64,000 nt of DNA from Patellaria atrata CBS 101060. Taxonomy: Eukaryota. Position 1 is the first letter of the stretch; each line of letters begins with the position of its first letter. A program made the translations under genes and the position numbers. The notes below the pieces were generated by a model. That model did not search any database. It worked only from the letters and a program-made list of their open reading frames with translations, and was not told the origin of the DNA. The stretch covers positions 1,297,623 to 1,361,622 of the forward strand of contig MU006095.1 in NCBI GenBank assembly GCA_010093705.1, in the 5' to 3' direction. Below, one piece after another: positions 61,725 to 64,000 of this stretch.

Positions 61725-63312
61725 ATGCGCACGACGATCGCAGCTCTCGCTGTGATATTCCTTAGCACAGCAAGTGCTAGTCCATATGCTGCAGTGTCGA
61801 GTAGCTTAACCCCCGTCCCGACTTCCACCGAGACTCCATATGAGCCGTACCCGACTTCCGAGACTCCATATGAGCCTTACCCGACGTCCACAGAGACTCC
61901 ATATGAGCCTAACCCGAGCTCCACAGAGACTCCGTATGAGCCTTACCCGACTTCCGAGACTCCATATGAGCCATACCCGACGTCCACAGAGACTCCATAT
62001 GAGCCGTACCCGACTTCCGAGACTCCATATGAGCCATACCCGACTTCCNNNNNNNNNNNNNNNNNNNNNNNNNNNNNNNNNNNNNNNNNNNNNNNNNNNN
62101 NNNNNNNNNNNNNNNNNNNNNNNNNNNNNNNNNNNNNNNNNNNNNNNNCCATACCCGACGTCCACAGAGACTCCATATGAGCCGTACCCGACGTCCACAG
62201 AGACTCCATATGAGCCGTACCCGACGTCCACAGAGACTCCGTATGAGCCTTACCCGAGTTCCACAGAGACTCCGTATGAGCCGTACCCGACTTCCGAGAC
62301 TCCATATGAGCCATACCCGACTTCCACAGAGACTCTTACCCCCTATCCCACGAGCACTTCCGTCCTCACAACTTATCAAACTGTAACAACATGTCCGATC
62401 ACCTATACCACAACATCGGATCATTCGACTTACGTCACTACGAAACTCACCACGAGCACGATCGTTGTTACCTCCTGCAAGTCTGGTTGCCATCATCCTC
62501 ATCCTACGGAGTACCCTCATCATGACACTACTACCAAGACCCATACTCCTCACGTTCCTGATGCTACAACCATAACCTCTTATATCCCAACAACTGTTAC
62601 CTCTATAATCACAAAATGGGTTCCTTGTTCTACTTCCGTCGGCCATGAGGGTACTTCGACTTACTACTCGACTTGGCTCACCCCAACTGTAACCACCACA
62701 CTCTATTCTACCAGCATTTCTACCTGCATCACCCTCTATCCGACCACGAAACCTCACTCTTCCGTTCCCCCAGCAGTGACGACCCCAATTGCTTCTCCCC
62801 CATATACCACCCATGTCCTTCCACCCGTGGACACCTGTCCTCCTGCCGCAACAGTTACAATCGTCAAGACTGTGACCGTTTCCTCCGGCCCTGCTCCCAC
62901 GCAACCCCCGGCTAACTGCCCTCATTGCTACGAGACTGTCACAATCACTCTTCCTGGTGATCACACCACTACAATCACCATCCCGCTCCCTCCCAAGACT
63001 GTCACCTCAACAATCAGCGGTAGCACCACAAAGAGCCACTCTACAGAGACCCCTTCTACTGAGACCCACTCGACCAAAAGCCACTCCAAGAGCCACTCCT
63101 CCAAGCCGCCAATGGGCACCGGTAGCTACTCCCATTCTAGCAGCGAAAGTCACAGCTACAGCTGGAGCCATCCGACCAGCAAGCATACCTCAACTGAGAT
63201 ACCGTACCCGACCGGCCCGACTAGCGAGTCTACATCTATTAAGACGACTCAGACGCCGTATCCCACCGGCAGCGCACCTACCTATGGCGGCTACAACGTC
63301 TACGGCTACTAG
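61725..63312 (+). CDS. Secreted/cell-wall Thr/Pro/Tyr-rich tandem-repeat glycoprotein; spans the assembly gap
   Basis: Signal peptide MRTTIAALAVIFLSTASA; ETPYEPYPTS(T) repeats on both sides of the gap; Thr/Cys-rich VTTCPIT-type segments; ends YGGYNVYGY*. The frame change falls inside the N gap. Confidence 0.85.
61828..62335 (+). repeat. Coding tandem repeat of 30/33-bp units (GAGACTCCATATGAGCCNTACCCGACNTCC[ACA])
   Basis: Read directly; copy number unknown because of the gap. Confidence 0.93.
62049..62148. other. Assembly gap (exactly 100 N, probably placeholder length)
   Basis: Run of 100 Ns flanked by the same repeat. Confidence 0.99.
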
Positions 63313-64000
63313 TTTAATCAATGTGAAGACGTCTTTTCTTCCTTTTTTCTTAGCGAAACGTTCTGTGAGTATTTTCTTTTGGGCATAGCATAGCGCGGTT
63401 GGGTTGATTTTCACTGATACGATCCTTTTGACCCATGACAGTGCGGCGTTTATGGGTATATATTGGGCAAAATACTATATAGTGTGCACGTACTTTTGGA
63501 TGTATATTTGGGTGGTTTTCTGATTTAGAGCACTGGAATTAATATAGCTATAGACACTCCTTATGATGGGTAGGATAGATAATTAGGTATTTTTAATATA
63601 TGATTACGCTCTTTAAGTCCCTGTTCTTCAACTGCTGCATGAAAGGCGCACAGAAAGGGTGGTTTCTTTATTCTCCTCTATTTTCTTATACTTGAATGTG
63701 AGATAGTACACAAAAACAGCCGACTTCCCATTTAGGAAGGCCACGATGTCGCCCGTTTGCCACGCTAAATCTGGCAAGGATTATTTTTAGGTGATCGACC
63801 AATCGCTGATTGGTTGCGAGCCACATCACAACGCAGGAATATTGAATCAAACATCCTTCAAGAAATCAAGGCTAGAACTAGAATGAGATTATGACACGGG
63901 GTGGATATATTGATTTTCATAGTAAGCGCCGCTATCGTACAGGGTAATCTGGACTGTTGAGGCCTAATACAGTACCTTTGGTTAATGCTAGTGCCTTCTC

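Noticed and set aside
61828..62335. Regular repeats as a CRISPR-like array; frame change as a frameshift
   Set aside because: No unique spacers; the repeats are coding with synonymous variation, and the frame change lies in a 100-N placeholder gap.

Overview
Eukaryotic DNA from a filamentous ascomycete (Pezizomycotina, possibly Dothideomycetes). Genes have short GT-AG introns with CTRAY-type branch sites, so the ORF track fragments most of them. I spliced about 20 protein-coding genes by hand. The first ~33 kb is gene-dense housekeeping sequence: DHA1 MFS transporter (partial), transmembrane RING-H2 ligase, NGG1/ADA3, an uncharacterised membrane/coiled-coil protein, mitochondrial ThrRS, SDR, HPM1, a Zn2Cys6 factor with polyQ, amidase, BAP31/YET, DUS3 and MDM12. 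The second half is gene-sparse. It holds a spliced 52-aa Cys/His microprotein, a disordered protein with repeated RR-x4-LxL motifs, a ~470-bp foldback, a large-subunit catalase, an intron-containing and apparently mitochondrion-targeted KamA-type radical-SAM aminomutase, a GFA/Mss4-like zinc protein, a second C-x8-CGH protein, and a secreted Tyr/Pro-repeat protein spanning a 100-N gap. I found no supportable tRNA, rRNA, CRISPR array, intact transposon or secondary-metabolite backbone gene. The best leads are the orphan KamA homologue, the foldback with G.U-biased mismatches upstream of catalase, the two C-x8-CGH...CxxC proteins, and recurrent intergenic palindromic motifs. All calls are from motif recognition; no database searches were run.
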